The notes under the pieces are model-generated. The model was not told the DNA's origin. It searched no databases and saw only the letters and a program-made list of their open reading frames with translations. Position numbers and translations under genes: made by a program. This document shows positions 18,125 through 27,323 of a DNA stretch of 64,000 bases, piece by piece (position 1 is the stretch's first letter; each line of letters starts with the position of its first letter). The DNA is taken from contig CAINUX010000022.1 in NCBI GenBank assembly GCA_903853895.1, positions 10,896 to 74,895 on the forward strand, read 5' to 3'. This DNA is from an uncultured beta proteobacterium (GTDB lineage: Bacteria > Pseudomonadota > Gammaproteobacteria > Burkholderiales > Burkholderiaceae_C).

Positions 18125-19858
18125 TCAAGACTCCGGGGTCGGCAACCATTTGGCCAGCATGACGCTCAACTCCTTCAAGCGCAAGGGTTTCGTCATGAAG
18201 TCGTCCATGCCGCCATCCATGCAGCGCTGGCCCTCGCCTTGCCGGACATTGGCAGTAATGGCAATGATGATGGCCCGAAGGGTACCCGGTACCCGTGCGG
18301 AGCGAATGGCGGCGGTCAGTGCAAACCCGTCCATGTGTGGCATCTGGCATTCGGTCAGCAACAAAGCGTAGCGGCCGGTTCGCCACTTCCCCAGCGCTTC
18401 GAGGCCGTCTTCAGCCACTTCTGCGGCATAGCCCAGCAGGCACAATTGGTCTTGAATAGCCTCACGGTTCATCTCATCGTCTTCGGCCAACAGGATCAAG
18501 CGCCCGCTGGCCGCAGCCTCGGACACGCTGGGAGCTCCGGTGCGCAGCGGCACAGTGGGTGCCGGGCTTGAAGTGGCACTGGGCGCAGCCAGTGCTGCGT
18601 GCAAAGGCAATGCCACAGTAAAGACCGAGCCTTTTCCCGGTGTGCTGTTCACGGTGATTTGGCCGCCCATTAGCGCCACCAGTTTCTGGCTGATAGACAG
18701 CCCCAATCCGGTGCCACCAAACTCACCTGCGGTGCCAACCTCACCCTGTGCATAGGGTTGAAAAAGGCGACCTACCACCGCCGGGCTCATGCCAATGCCA
18801 CGGTCGCGCACATGCAGCAAAACGCCGGGCAGGCCATCGGCAAGCGCACCACACTCCAGCGCCAAGGTCACTTCGCCCGATTCACCGGGCTGCAGCCGGG
18901 TGAACTTGATGGCGTTGCCCACCAGGTTCAGCAGCACCTGGCGCAGTCGCTCTGGGTCGGCGTAGATGGCCCGAGGTACGTCGGGGGCGATCGAGAGCCA
19001 TAGCAACACGCCCTTGCCGCTGGCCGATTCAAGCATCAGTTGCAGCACGCTGTCGGCCACATCTTTCAGTGGTGTGGCAATGTGCTCCACCTCCAGTTTG
19101 CCGGCCTCAATCTTGGAGAAATCCAGAAAGTCCTTCAGGATGCGCAGTAACGCCTGCGACGAGTTGGCAATGGTGGTCACCATGCGCTGCTGGTCGGCAT
19201 TCAAATCGGTGCGCTGCAAGACATCGACCATGCCTATCACGCCATTCATGGGCGTGCGCACTTCATGGCTCATATGGGCCAGGAACTCTGACTTGGCCAG
19301 GTTGGCGGCATTGGCCAAGGCAGTCGCGCATTGCAGCTCAGCGGTCTTGGTCCGCACCATTTCCGCCAGTTGGCTACCGTAGTATTGCAACTCCACCTCG
19401 TTCCTTTTGCGCAGGGTGATGTCCGAGCGGATCGAGAGGTATCGGGTGGGCAGCCCGCTCGGGTCGCCATACATCAACATGGTGGCGCTCACCCAGTACA
19501 GACGGCCGTCCTTGGTCCGGTTGCAAATTTCGCCTTGCCAGACCTCGCCACGTGCCAGCGTGTCGTACATGACCTTGAAAAAACCAGTGGGATGCACGCC
19601 TGAGCGCAGCAGGGCATGGTCCTGTCCCATCAGTTCGTCACGGCTGTAGCCGCTGATGCGGCAAAAATTATCGTTGACACTGGTGATTCGTCCCTGCATG
19701 TCTGCAGTGGACACGATGGCATGTTGATCCAGCGCGTAGCGTTGGTAGAAAAGCTCATCCCGCAAGTCGTGGGTGCATTGCTCAAGCGGGGTAGTGGTGG
19801 TTTCCAAAGACATGCGACGCATGCTGCCATGCGTTACCCCACTTGCACCATCAGCCAA
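18125..19858 (-). CDS. cytoplasmic PAS hybrid sensor histidine kinase/response regulator
   Basis: PAS domain (QHAIVSTADMQGRITSVNDNFCRISGYSRDELMGQDH), H-box [18 protein letters not shown], HATPase domain, and receiver (LLAEDDEMNRE, TECQMPHMDG). It is a close paralog of the core of the CHASE kinase at 23736-27320. The start is uncertain among TTG 19858, ATG 19822 and ATG 19813. Confidence 0.88.
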   Translation of the reverse strand: MADGASGVTHGSMRRMSLETTTTPLEQCTHDLRDELFYQRYALDQHAIVSTADMQGRITSVNDNFCRISGYSRDELMGQDHALLRSGVHPTGFFKVMYDTLARGEVWQGEICNRTKDGRLYWVSATMLMYGDPSGLPTRYLSIRSDITLRKRNEVELQYYGSQLAEMVRTKTAELQCATALANAANLAKSEFLAHMSHEVRTPMNGVIGMVDVLQRTDLNADQQRMVTTIANSSQALLRILKDFLDFSKIEAGKLEVEHIATPLKDVADSVLQLMLESASGKGVLLWLSIAPDVPRAIYADPERLRQVLLNLVGNAIKFTRLQPGESGEVTLALECGALADGLPGVLLHVRDRGIGMSPAVVGRLFQPYAQGEVGTAGEFGGTGLGLSISQKLVALMGGQITVNSTPGKGSVFTVALPLHAALAAPSATSSPAPTVPLRTGAPSVSEAAASGRLILLAEDDEMNREAIQDQLCLLGYAAEVAEDGLEALGKWRTGRYALLLTECQMPHMDGFALTAAIRSARVPGTLRAIIIAITANVRQGEGQRCMDGGMDDFMTKPLRLKELSVMLAKWLPTPES

Positions 19859-19942
19859 GGCTGATTCTGTGTAGGGAAAGGCTTACAACAAGAGCAGCCT
19901 CTCCTGATGGCGCAACAGCACCGGGTGGGCCACTATGGACCC

Positions 19943-20350
19943 ATGCCCACCCATGTACTCATTGTTGATGCTTCGAAACTGATTCGCACCAGTCTGCGGG
20001 CCCTGCTAGGCAGCGTGGAGGGCATTGCAAGCATCCGCGAGGCCGCCACACTGGGCGAGGCGCTGGACAGTGCCCACTGCAATCCCCCCACTCTGGTGAT
20101 CATGGATCTGCACCTGCCCGACGGGCTGGGCACGCACATCATCCACCAGCTCAAGCAGTTCGCTCCCCTGCTGCGGATCGCCGTGCTGACCATCCACGCT
20201 GAGTCCATTTATCGCCAGCGGTGTCTGGCCCTGGGTGTGGACTGGTTCTTTGACAAAGGCACCGAAGTTGAAGACCTGTTGGAAGTAGTCCACCAGCACG
20301 CCGCCCTGAACCAACGGATCCACCCCCACCAAGGAACTTCCCATGAATAG
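19943..20350 (+). CDS. single-domain response regulator (REC)
   Basis: MPTHVLIVDASKLIRTSL...LVIMDLHLPDGLG is a receiver fold. The stop overlaps the MCP start by 8 nt. The listed TTG/ATG at 19907 is a possible alternative start. Confidence 0.8.
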   Translation: MPTHVLIVDASKLIRTSLRALLGSVEGIASIREAATLGEALDSAHCNPPTLVIMDLHLPDGLGTHIIHQLKQFAPLLRIAVLTIHAESIYRQRCLALGVDWFFDKGTEVEDLLEVVHQHAALNQRIHPHQGTSHE

Positions 20351-22025
20351 TTTGAGAATTGCCACGCGTTTGATGCTGCTGATAGGCTTCTTGGCGGTCA
20401 TGTTGGTGGCCATCGGCCTAACGGGTTTATCAGGCATCAGCCAAGCCGACGACGCGATCAAGTCTGTATACGAGGACCGCACCATTCCCATGGGGCAGCT
20501 TGGCGATGTTCAACATCAGATGTTGCTCAATCGGCTGGCCATTGCCAACAGCGTCATGGACCCCAAACCCGAAATCCTAGCCAGAAGCATTGCCGATGTA
20601 GGCAACAACATGGTCACCATCCAAAAGACCTGGGATGCCTATATGGCCACCACGCTGACGCAAGAGGAAGCGCTGGTCGCCAAGAAGTTCGTTGAGGAAC
20701 GAGCCCGATTTGTGCAAGAGGGGCTGCTACCGGCCGTGGCGGCTCTGCGCACCAATGACGTCGAGGGTGCGCATCGCTTGATTCTGGAAAAGATCCGACC
20801 ACTCGCAGTCCCTGCGGAAGATGGTATCGAAGCACTGATGGACATCCAGCTCAAGGAAGCAAAGGCCGAGTACGAGTCCGCCGAAGCGCGCTACACCACC
20901 ACGCGGGCCTGGTCCATCATCGCTATCGTGGGCGGCGTGCTGTTTGCCGCCCTCTTCGGCTGGAGTCTGGTTCGCGGCATCTCCCGCTCACTGCGCGAGG
21001 CTCTCGACGTGGCCACTGCGGTAGGTCAAGGGGATTTGAGCCACACCATCAAACTGGACGGCACAGACGAGGTGGCGCAGGTGTTGATCGCCCTCTCTGG
21101 CATGCAGGACAACTTGTCCCAGGTCGTCAGCTCGGTGCGCCAGGGGTCGGAAGCGGTGGCCACGGCCAGCGCCGAGATCGCCCAGGGCAACCACGACCTG
21201 AGTGCCCGCACCGAAAGCCAGGCCAGCGCACTGGAGCAAACGGCGGCCTCCATGGAGCAGCTCAGCGCTACCGTCAGGCAAAACGCCGACAACGCGCGCC
21301 AGGCCAACCAGCTGGCCATGAGCGCCAGCGCCACTGCGATGCAAGGGGGCGAAGTGGTGGCCGGCGTAGTGGAGACGATGAAGGGCATCAACGACGCATC
21401 CAGAAAGATAGCGGACATCATCAGCGTGATTGACGGCATTGCCTTCCAGACCAATATCCTGGCGCTGAATGCGGCGGTGGAAGCGGCCCGCGCCGGTGAA
21501 CAGGGGCGCGGGTTTGCCGTGGTGGCCAGTGAAGTGCGCAGCCTGGCAGGCCGCAGTGCAGAAGCCGCCAAGGAGATCAAGCGTTTGATCAACGCCAGCG
21601 TCGAGCGGGTGGAGCAAGGCACGGCCCAGGTCGATCAGGCTGGCAACACCATGGACGAAGTGGTGCGCGGCATCAAGCGGGTAACCGACCTGATGGGCGA
21701 GATCAGCGCCGCCAGCAACGAGCAAAGTGCCGGCGTCTCGCAAGTGGGCGAAGCGGTCATGCAGATGGACCAAGTGACCCAGCAAAACGCGGCGCTGGTG
21801 GAAGAAATGGCCGCTGCCGCCAGCAGCCTGAAGTCGCAAGCCCACGAGCTGGTCGAGACCGTGGCGGTGTTCAAGCTGACCGAAGGCGCGGTGCGCACCG
21901 CGCCGGTTGCACGCACCCCTGCGCGTGCCCCAATGCTTGCCCCCACCCGCACAACCTTGCCTGCACCTACCCTTTCCGCTGTGCCGGTGCCCAAGCGCCT
22001 GCCATTCAAGCGGGCGCTTGCATGA
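20343..22025 (+). CDS. methyl-accepting chemotaxis protein (4HB sensor, HAMP)
   Basis: Two TM segments flank a Tar-like four-helix-bundle region, followed by HAMP. The conserved hairpin tip is IAFQTNILALNAAVEAARAGEQGRGFAVVASEVRSLAGRSA. There is no C-terminal NWETF-type pentapeptide. Confidence 0.92.
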   Translation: MNSLRIATRLMLLIGFLAVMLVAIGLTGLSGISQADDAIKSVYEDRTIPMGQLGDVQHQMLLNRLAIANSVMDPKPEILARSIADVGNNMVTIQKTWDAYMATTLTQEEALVAKKFVEERARFVQEGLLPAVAALRTNDVEGAHRLILEKIRPLAVPAEDGIEALMDIQLKEAKAEYESAEARYTTTRAWSIIAIVGGVLFAALFGWSLVRGISRSLREALDVATAVGQGDLSHTIKLDGTDEVAQVLIALSGMQDNLSQVVSSVRQGSEAVATASAEIAQGNHDLSARTESQASALEQTAASMEQLSATVRQNADNARQANQLAMSASATAMQGGEVVAGVVETMKGINDASRKIADIISVIDGIAFQTNILALNAAVEAARAGEQGRGFAVVASEVRSLAGRSAEAAKEIKRLINASVERVEQGTAQVDQAGNTMDEVVRGIKRVTDLMGEISAASNEQSAGVSQVGEAVMQMDQVTQQNAALVEEMAAAASSLKSQAHELVETVAVFKLTEGAVRTAPVARTPARAPMLAPTRTTLPAPTLSAVPVPKRLPFKRALA

Positions 22026-22504
22026 AAACCATCTTGCCAGTGATCGGCTCAGTGCTGGTGGTCGATGACGATGAATTTAGTTGTGACCTGTTGCGCGAGA
22101 TGCTCCGTGACCTGGGGGTTGCCGAGGTTCGCTGCGCTGGCAACGGCCACGCTGCTTTGCGCACGCTGGCTGGCCTGCCAGGCGCGCCTGACTTGCTGAT
22201 ATGTGATCTGTTCATGCCCGACATGGACGGCATTGAGTTCATGGCCGTACTTGGTCGTCAAAAGTACCGGGGTGCGGTGCTGCTGATCAGCGGCGGAAAC
22301 GTCGAATTGCTGGCGGTGGCGCAAAGACTGGCGCTGGCGGGTGGCATCCAATTGCTGGGCAGTTTCTGCAAGCCACTGCACCCAGACATCCTTCGATCAT
22401 TGCTTGGGAATAAATCCGGTCAAACCGGCGTATCGCGCGTGGGCGAAGCGGTCATACGCATGGACCGGGTGACCCGGCAAAACGCCAATGGATTCCACCC
22501 ATGA
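22022..22504 (+). CDS. single-domain response regulator with MCP-derived C-terminal tail
   Basis: Receiver domain (VLVVDDDEFSCDLL, LICDLFMPDMDG, FCKP). The last ~25 aa (GVSRVGEAVIRMDRVTRQNAN) are encoded by DNA about 80% identical by hand count to MCP codons at 21729-21794. ATGA overlaps occur at both ends. Confidence 0.8.
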   Translation: MKTILPVIGSVLVVDDDEFSCDLLREMLRDLGVAEVRCAGNGHAALRTLAGLPGAPDLLICDLFMPDMDGIEFMAVLGRQKYRGAVLLISGGNVELLAVAQRLALAGGIQLLGSFCKPLHPDILRSLLGNKSGQTGVSRVGEAVIRMDRVTRQNANGFHP

Positions 22505-23739
22505 AACCAGAAAAACACCGGATCCTGCTGGTGGATGACGACGACTTTCAACTCGAGTTGATCGCCGGTCAACTTGCCGACATCGGCTGGCTTCACGTGA
22601 TCCGCGCCAGCAGCGGAGCACAGGCCCTGGCCCGTTTTGACGAATACGGCGCCAACATTGTGGCCATCATCAGTGATCTGTCGATGCCGGATATGGACGG
22701 ACTGGTGCTGATGCGGCATCTGAACCAACGCGGTTTTGGCGGCGGCATTATCTTGCTCTCTGGGGTTCAAGCCGACATATTGAGCAGTGCGGGCGAGTTG
22801 GTTCAGGCCCACGGGCTCAATATCCTGGGCTGTTTGCACAAGCCCTGCAACCCGGATCAGTTACAGCAATTGCTGGAAAGCCTGCGTGCGCCTGAAGTCG
22901 TGGTGGGCACCCCGCAAGATGCGGCGTTGCTCAGCACCGCGCGCCTGCAGACGGCTTTGGCTGCGGGTGAATTCATACCCTGGTACCAGCCCAAGGTGGC
23001 CATTCACAGTGGCGCAACCCTGGGGGTTGAAGCACTGGCACGCTGGCCGCAGGCGGATGGCAGCCTGATCGGTCCGGGCGTTTTTGTGCCCGCCATCGAA
23101 GCCGCTGGTCTGGCCGATGCTCTGTTTTTTGCCATGGCACGCCAGGTGGCATCGGACATGGAGCAGTGGCGATCGCAGGGTATCCATGTCAAGGCGTCCA
23201 TCAATCTGTCGATGGAAACCGCGCACAACCTTGCCATGCCGGAGCAGCTCGGCCAGATCGTTGATGCGGCCGGGTTGTGCCCTGAAGATTTGGTCATTGA
23301 GGTCACTGAGAGCCGCTTGATGGTGAACCGGGCGGTGACCCTGGAGAGCCTGACCCGCCTGTCACTGATGGGCTTTACGCTGTCGATTGACGACTTTGGC
23401 ACAGGATTTTCGAGCCTGATGCAACTGATTGACCTGCCCTTCAAAGAGCTCAAGATTGACGGCAGCTTTGTGCAGCGTGCCAGCCGTGAGCCCAAGGCCC
23501 AGACCGCAGTGGGCCTGTCCATCATGCTGGGCACGACGCTGAAGATGGACGTCGTGGCCGAGGGCGTTGAAACCGCAGCGCAACTGGAATTTCTGCGCAA
23601 CAGTGGGTGCACCCTGGTGCAAGGCTTCTTCGTGGCCCGCCCGATGCCGTTTACGGCCTGTACCGACTGGATCAGCCTGGAAAAAGGGAAGGTTGTGAAA
23701 CCATCCTGTTTGATGGATTTTCCTCGGCAATCAACATGA
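22501..23739 (+). CDS. response regulator with EAL phosphodiesterase output (REC-EAL)
   Basis: Receiver domain (ILLVDDDDFQLELI, IISDLSMPDMDG, LHKP) plus EAL domain (VEALARW, DDFGTGFSSL, EGVE). Confidence 0.9.
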   Translation: MKPEKHRILLVDDDDFQLELIAGQLADIGWLHVIRASSGAQALARFDEYGANIVAIISDLSMPDMDGLVLMRHLNQRGFGGGIILLSGVQADILSSAGELVQAHGLNILGCLHKPCNPDQLQQLLESLRAPEVVVGTPQDAALLSTARLQTALAAGEFIPWYQPKVAIHSGATLGVEALARWPQADGSLIGPGVFVPAIEAAGLADALFFAMARQVASDMEQWRSQGIHVKASINLSMETAHNLAMPEQLGQIVDAAGLCPEDLVIEVTESRLMVNRAVTLESLTRLSLMGFTLSIDDFGTGFSSLMQLIDLPFKELKIDGSFVQRASREPKAQTAVGLSIMLGTTLKMDVVAEGVETAAQLEFLRNSGCTLVQGFFVARPMPFTACTDWISLEKGKVVKPSCLMDFPRQST

Positions 23740-26700
23740 TCAGACTCAACCTGAAATCACCGCCATGTAGGTGGTCCCTGCTCGTGTTGGTCGGCGGTTT
23801 GACCGTGACGGGCCTGCTCTGGATCCAGGCCCAATCCACTGCAGCCGAGCAGGTCCAGTCGTTTCTTCAGCGCCACGCCAATGACATCACCGGCCGTGTC
23901 GAGAACCACCTGAGCAAGCAGGAGCTGTCCCTGAAAGGGTTCGAAGGTTTGTTCAATGCCTCTGACAAAGTGACCCGCAGCACTTTTCGCCAGTATTTTC
24001 AGTCCCTCCATGCGAGATCAGAGGGCGCAGGCTTTGCCGGTGTGTCGTACCACGACATCGTGCTAGCCAAAGACCTGCCCAGCCACATCGCCGCGCTGAG
24101 AAAAGACGGTTTTCCTGACTACCACATCTTTCCGCAAGGAGACCGTGACGTCTATGGCCCGCTGCGTTTTATTGAACCCTTTGTGGGCAACAACCTCAAG
24201 GTCATCGGCTTTGACCCGCTGTCCGTTCCTGCCGAGCGCCTGGCCATTGAGCAGGCCCGCGATAGGGACGACGTGGCGATCTCAGCCAAGCTGACACTGG
24301 CGCAGGACAGTGGCACCCAGGAGCCGGGTTTTGTGATGGTTGTCCCTGTCTTCGGGCGGGGCAGTGCGCATGACACGCTGGCCCAGCGCAGAGCCAACTT
24401 TGTGGGATGGGTCGACAAGCCGTTTCGCATGATCGACCTGATGGCCCAGGTGTTGCCCGACGGACTGCAGGAGATGGACCTGGAGATCTTTGACGGAACA
24501 GACCTGTCAGCGGCCAACCTGTTGTTTGATGCGGATACCCAGTTGCACAGCCAGCACCCTACCCAGGCACGGGCCACACAGCAACTGCTTTTTGGTGGAC
24601 GCAACTGGACACTGGTGTTTTATGACCAACCAGGCTTTGGCGCAGCCGCTGTCAGGCAACGCCCAGCCTACATCGCTGGCAGTGGTGTGCTGCTGAGTGT
24701 CTTGCTCAGTTTGGTGACGGTGTTGACGATACGAGCGCAGCAGCGGCGCGTAAAGACACAAGCACTTGCGGCCGCGGAACTGGAACGCCAGGCGCGCGAT
24801 GTCTTGCGCACCCAGCACGAACAAGCCCTGCAGCAAAGTCTATCGCTTGCGCGCGCGTCTGAAGCGAAGGCCAACAGCGCCCTGGAGCAGTTGATCTACC
24901 AAAAATACATCCTCGATCAGCATTCGATCGTGTTGATCACCGACCTGCACGGGCGAATCACCTACGTCAACGACAAGTTTTGCGATGTCAGCGGCTACAG
25001 CTGCGAAGAACTCATGGGGCAAGACCATGCGCTATTGAAGTCGGGCGCACATCCCAAGGGCTACTTTCAGGCCATCTATGAAACACTGGGACGTGGCGAG
25101 GTCTGGCGTGGCGAGATCTGCAACCGCGCCAAAGAGGGCCACCGGTACTGGACTCGCTCCACCATCATGCGATCCGGCAATGAACAGGGGTTTCCGACAC
25201 AATACATCTCGATCAGCGACGACATCACTGAACGCAAGGCCACCGAGCTGGAACTGCTGCAATACCGGGAGAAACTGGAAGAATTGGTGCAGCAGAAGAC
25301 CCAGAAAATCGAGCAGCAAAAACAACAGCTGCGTGAAAGTGAAAACCGTTTAACTTTGGCCGTTGAAGGGGCTGACGTGGGTATCTGGGATTTGAACCTG
25401 GTGACGAATACGCTCTACCACTCGCCACGCATGGCACACATGCTGGGCTATACGCTGGAGGAACTGCCCACGGTGCGAGAAATATGGGACGCACTGGCGC
25501 ACCCGGATGACGTTGCGCACTACCGCAAAAACCTGACGGCTCACATTCGAGATGCCCAAGTGCCTTTTGAGACCATGATCCGGATGCGCCACAAAAATGG
25601 TGCGTGGCGCTGGATTTTGAGCCGGGGACGCGCCACACGTGACGCCAGCGGGCGCGCTCTGCGGATCAGTGGTACCCATGCTGATATCTCCGAGCGCAAA
25701 CTCATCGAAGAAGCCGCTCAAGCCGCAGACCAGGCCAAGTCCGAATTTCTGGCCAACATGAGCCACGAAATCCGCACGCCCATGAACGGCGTCATCGGCA
25801 TGGTCGACATCCTGCAGCAAACCAAGTTGTTGCCCGAGCAGCAGCGCATGCTCACCACCATTGCCAATTCGTCACAAACCCTGCTGCACATCCTGAACGA
25901 CATTCTGGATTACTCCAAGATCGAGGCTGGCAAACTGACGGTGGAACACATCGCAACACCCATCAAGGAGGTGGCTGAGAGCGTGCAGCAACTGATGCAA
26001 GCTGTGGCCAGCGCCAAAGGGCTGACCTTGTCCCTGTCGCTCACACCCGATCTGCCCGACGCCATCTACTGCGACCCCACCCGTCTGCGCCAGGTGCTGT
26101 TGAACCTGCTGGGTAACGCCATCAAATTCACCCAGAGTGATGCAATGCAGAAAGGCCATGTCAGTCTGTTGCTGGAGCAGGGTAGCCTAGCGGATGGCCA
26201 ACCGGCCATACTGCTGCGCGTGCGAGACAACGGCATTGGCATGAGCCCCGAGGTGCTGGCCAAGCTGTTTGCGCCTTTCACCCAGGCCGATGCCAGCACC
26301 GCACGCCAGTTTGGCGGCAGCGGCTTGGGTCTGTCCATCAGCCAGCGCCTGGTGGCGCTGATGGGCGGCCAGATCACCGTGCAAAGCGCACCCGGCGCGG
26401 GCTCTGAATTTACCGTGGTGCTGCCCCGGCAAGAAGCCCCCATGCTTGCCCAGGCGAGCGAGTTTGCGGACCGGCGCCTGCAACTGCGTGCCAGCGCCCC
26501 CAGCAGGGACGAGGCCGCCGCCAGCGGACACCTGATCCTGGTGGCCGAAGACAACGAAACCAACCGCGATGTGCTGCACGAGCAACTGCGTCTGCTGGGC
26601 TATTGCGCTGACATGGCCGAAGACGGCCGGGAAGCGCTTGAGAAATGGCGCACAGGCCGCTATGCCTTGCTGTTGACCGATTGCCATATGCCGCACATGG

Positions 26701-27320
26701 ATGGCTTTGCACTGACACAGGCCATCCGCACATCAGAGTCACCAGGCCAGCGCCTGCCCATCATTGCCATCACCGCCAACGCCATGCAGGGTGAAGCCCA
26801 GCGTTGTCTGCAAGCCGGCATCGACGATTACCTGAGCAAACCGCTGCGCCTGCAGGAGCTGGCGCCGGTGCTGAAAAAATGGCTGCCACTGACAGGAGGA
26901 AGCGAAGAGACTCAGTCGGTAGCGCAGGACGCTCCTGAATCAATAGCTGCTCACGCTTTATCGACGGGGGCTAAAGCCACATTTGACATATGGAACCGTA
27001 GCACATTGAGCGAGTTGGTAGGCGACAACAGCAGCCTGCATCGGCGCCTGCTGGAACGGTTTTTAGTCAATGCCAGGCAGCAGATCATCTGCATTGAGTC
27101 GCAAGCACTGGCCGGCGAGGCCACCCAGGCGGCAAATGCCGCGCACACGCTCAAATCAGCGGCACGCTCGGTTGGAGCCCTGGCTTTGGGTGAGTTGTGC
27201 CAGCAGATTGAAACCGCGGGCCAAGCCCTTGACGCAGCACAGTGCGCGGCCCTGGCCGCCAGGCTCGCCACCGCTTTCGCCCAGGCGCAAGCATGCATTC
27301 AGCTGCATTTAGGGAATTGA
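23736..27320 (+). CDS. CHASE-domain hybrid sensor histidine kinase with REC and Hpt
   Basis: 1194 aa from ATG 23736, with an ATGA overlap with the REC-EAL stop. Domain order is TM, CHASE-like periplasmic domain ([22 protein letters not shown]), TM and two PAS domains. Then come the H-box [18 protein letters not shown], HATPase domain, receiver ([21 protein letters not shown]) and Hpt ([12 protein letters not shown]). Confidence 0.9.
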   Translation: MIRLNLKSPPCRWSLLVLVGGLTVTGLLWIQAQSTAAEQVQSFLQRHANDITGRVENHLSKQELSLKGFEGLFNASDKVTRSTFRQYFQSLHARSEGAGFAGVSYHDIVLAKDLPSHIAALRKDGFPDYHIFPQGDRDVYGPLRFIEPFVGNNLKVIGFDPLSVPAERLAIEQARDRDDVAISAKLTLAQDSGTQEPGFVMVVPVFGRGSAHDTLAQRRANFVGWVDKPFRMIDLMAQVLPDGLQEMDLEIFDGTDLSAANLLFDADTQLHSQHPTQARATQQLLFGGRNWTLVFYDQPGFGAAAVRQRPAYIAGSGVLLSVLLSLVTVLTIRAQQRRVKTQALAAAELERQARDVLRTQHEQALQQSLSLARASEAKANSALEQLIYQKYILDQHSIVLITDLHGRITYVNDKFCDVSGYSCEELMGQDHALLKSGAHPKGYFQAIYETLGRGEVWRGEICNRAKEGHRYWTRSTIMRSGNEQGFPTQYISISDDITERKATELELLQYREKLEELVQQKTQKIEQQKQQLRESENRLTLAVEGADVGIWDLNLVTNTLYHSPRMAHMLGYTLEELPTVREIWDALAHPDDVAHYRKNLTAHIRDAQVPFETMIRMRHKNGAWRWILSRGRATRDASGRALRISGTHADISERKLIEEAAQAADQAKSEFLANMSHEIRTPMNGVIGMVDILQQTKLLPEQQRMLTTIANSSQTLLHILNDILDYSKIEAGKLTVEHIATPIKEVAESVQQLMQAVASAKGLTLSLSLTPDLPDAIYCDPTRLRQVLLNLLGNAIKFTQSDAMQKGHVSLLLEQGSLADGQPAILLRVRDNGIGMSPEVLAKLFAPFTQADASTARQFGGSGLGLSISQRLVALMGGQITVQSAPGAGSEFTVVLPRQEAPMLAQASEFADRRLQLRASAPSRDEAAASGHLILVAEDNETNRDVLHEQLRLLGYCADMAEDGREALEKWRTGRYALLLTDCHMPHMDGFALTQAIRTSESPGQRLPIIAITANAMQGEAQRCLQAGIDDYLSKPLRLQELAPVLKKWLPLTGGSEETQSVAQDAPESIAAHALSTGAKATFDIWNRSTLSELVGDNSSLHRRLLERFLVNARQQIICIESQALAGEATQAANAAHTLKSAARSVGALALGELCQQIETAGQALDAAQCAALAARLATAFAQAQACIQLHLGN

Positions 27321-27323
27321 CCT

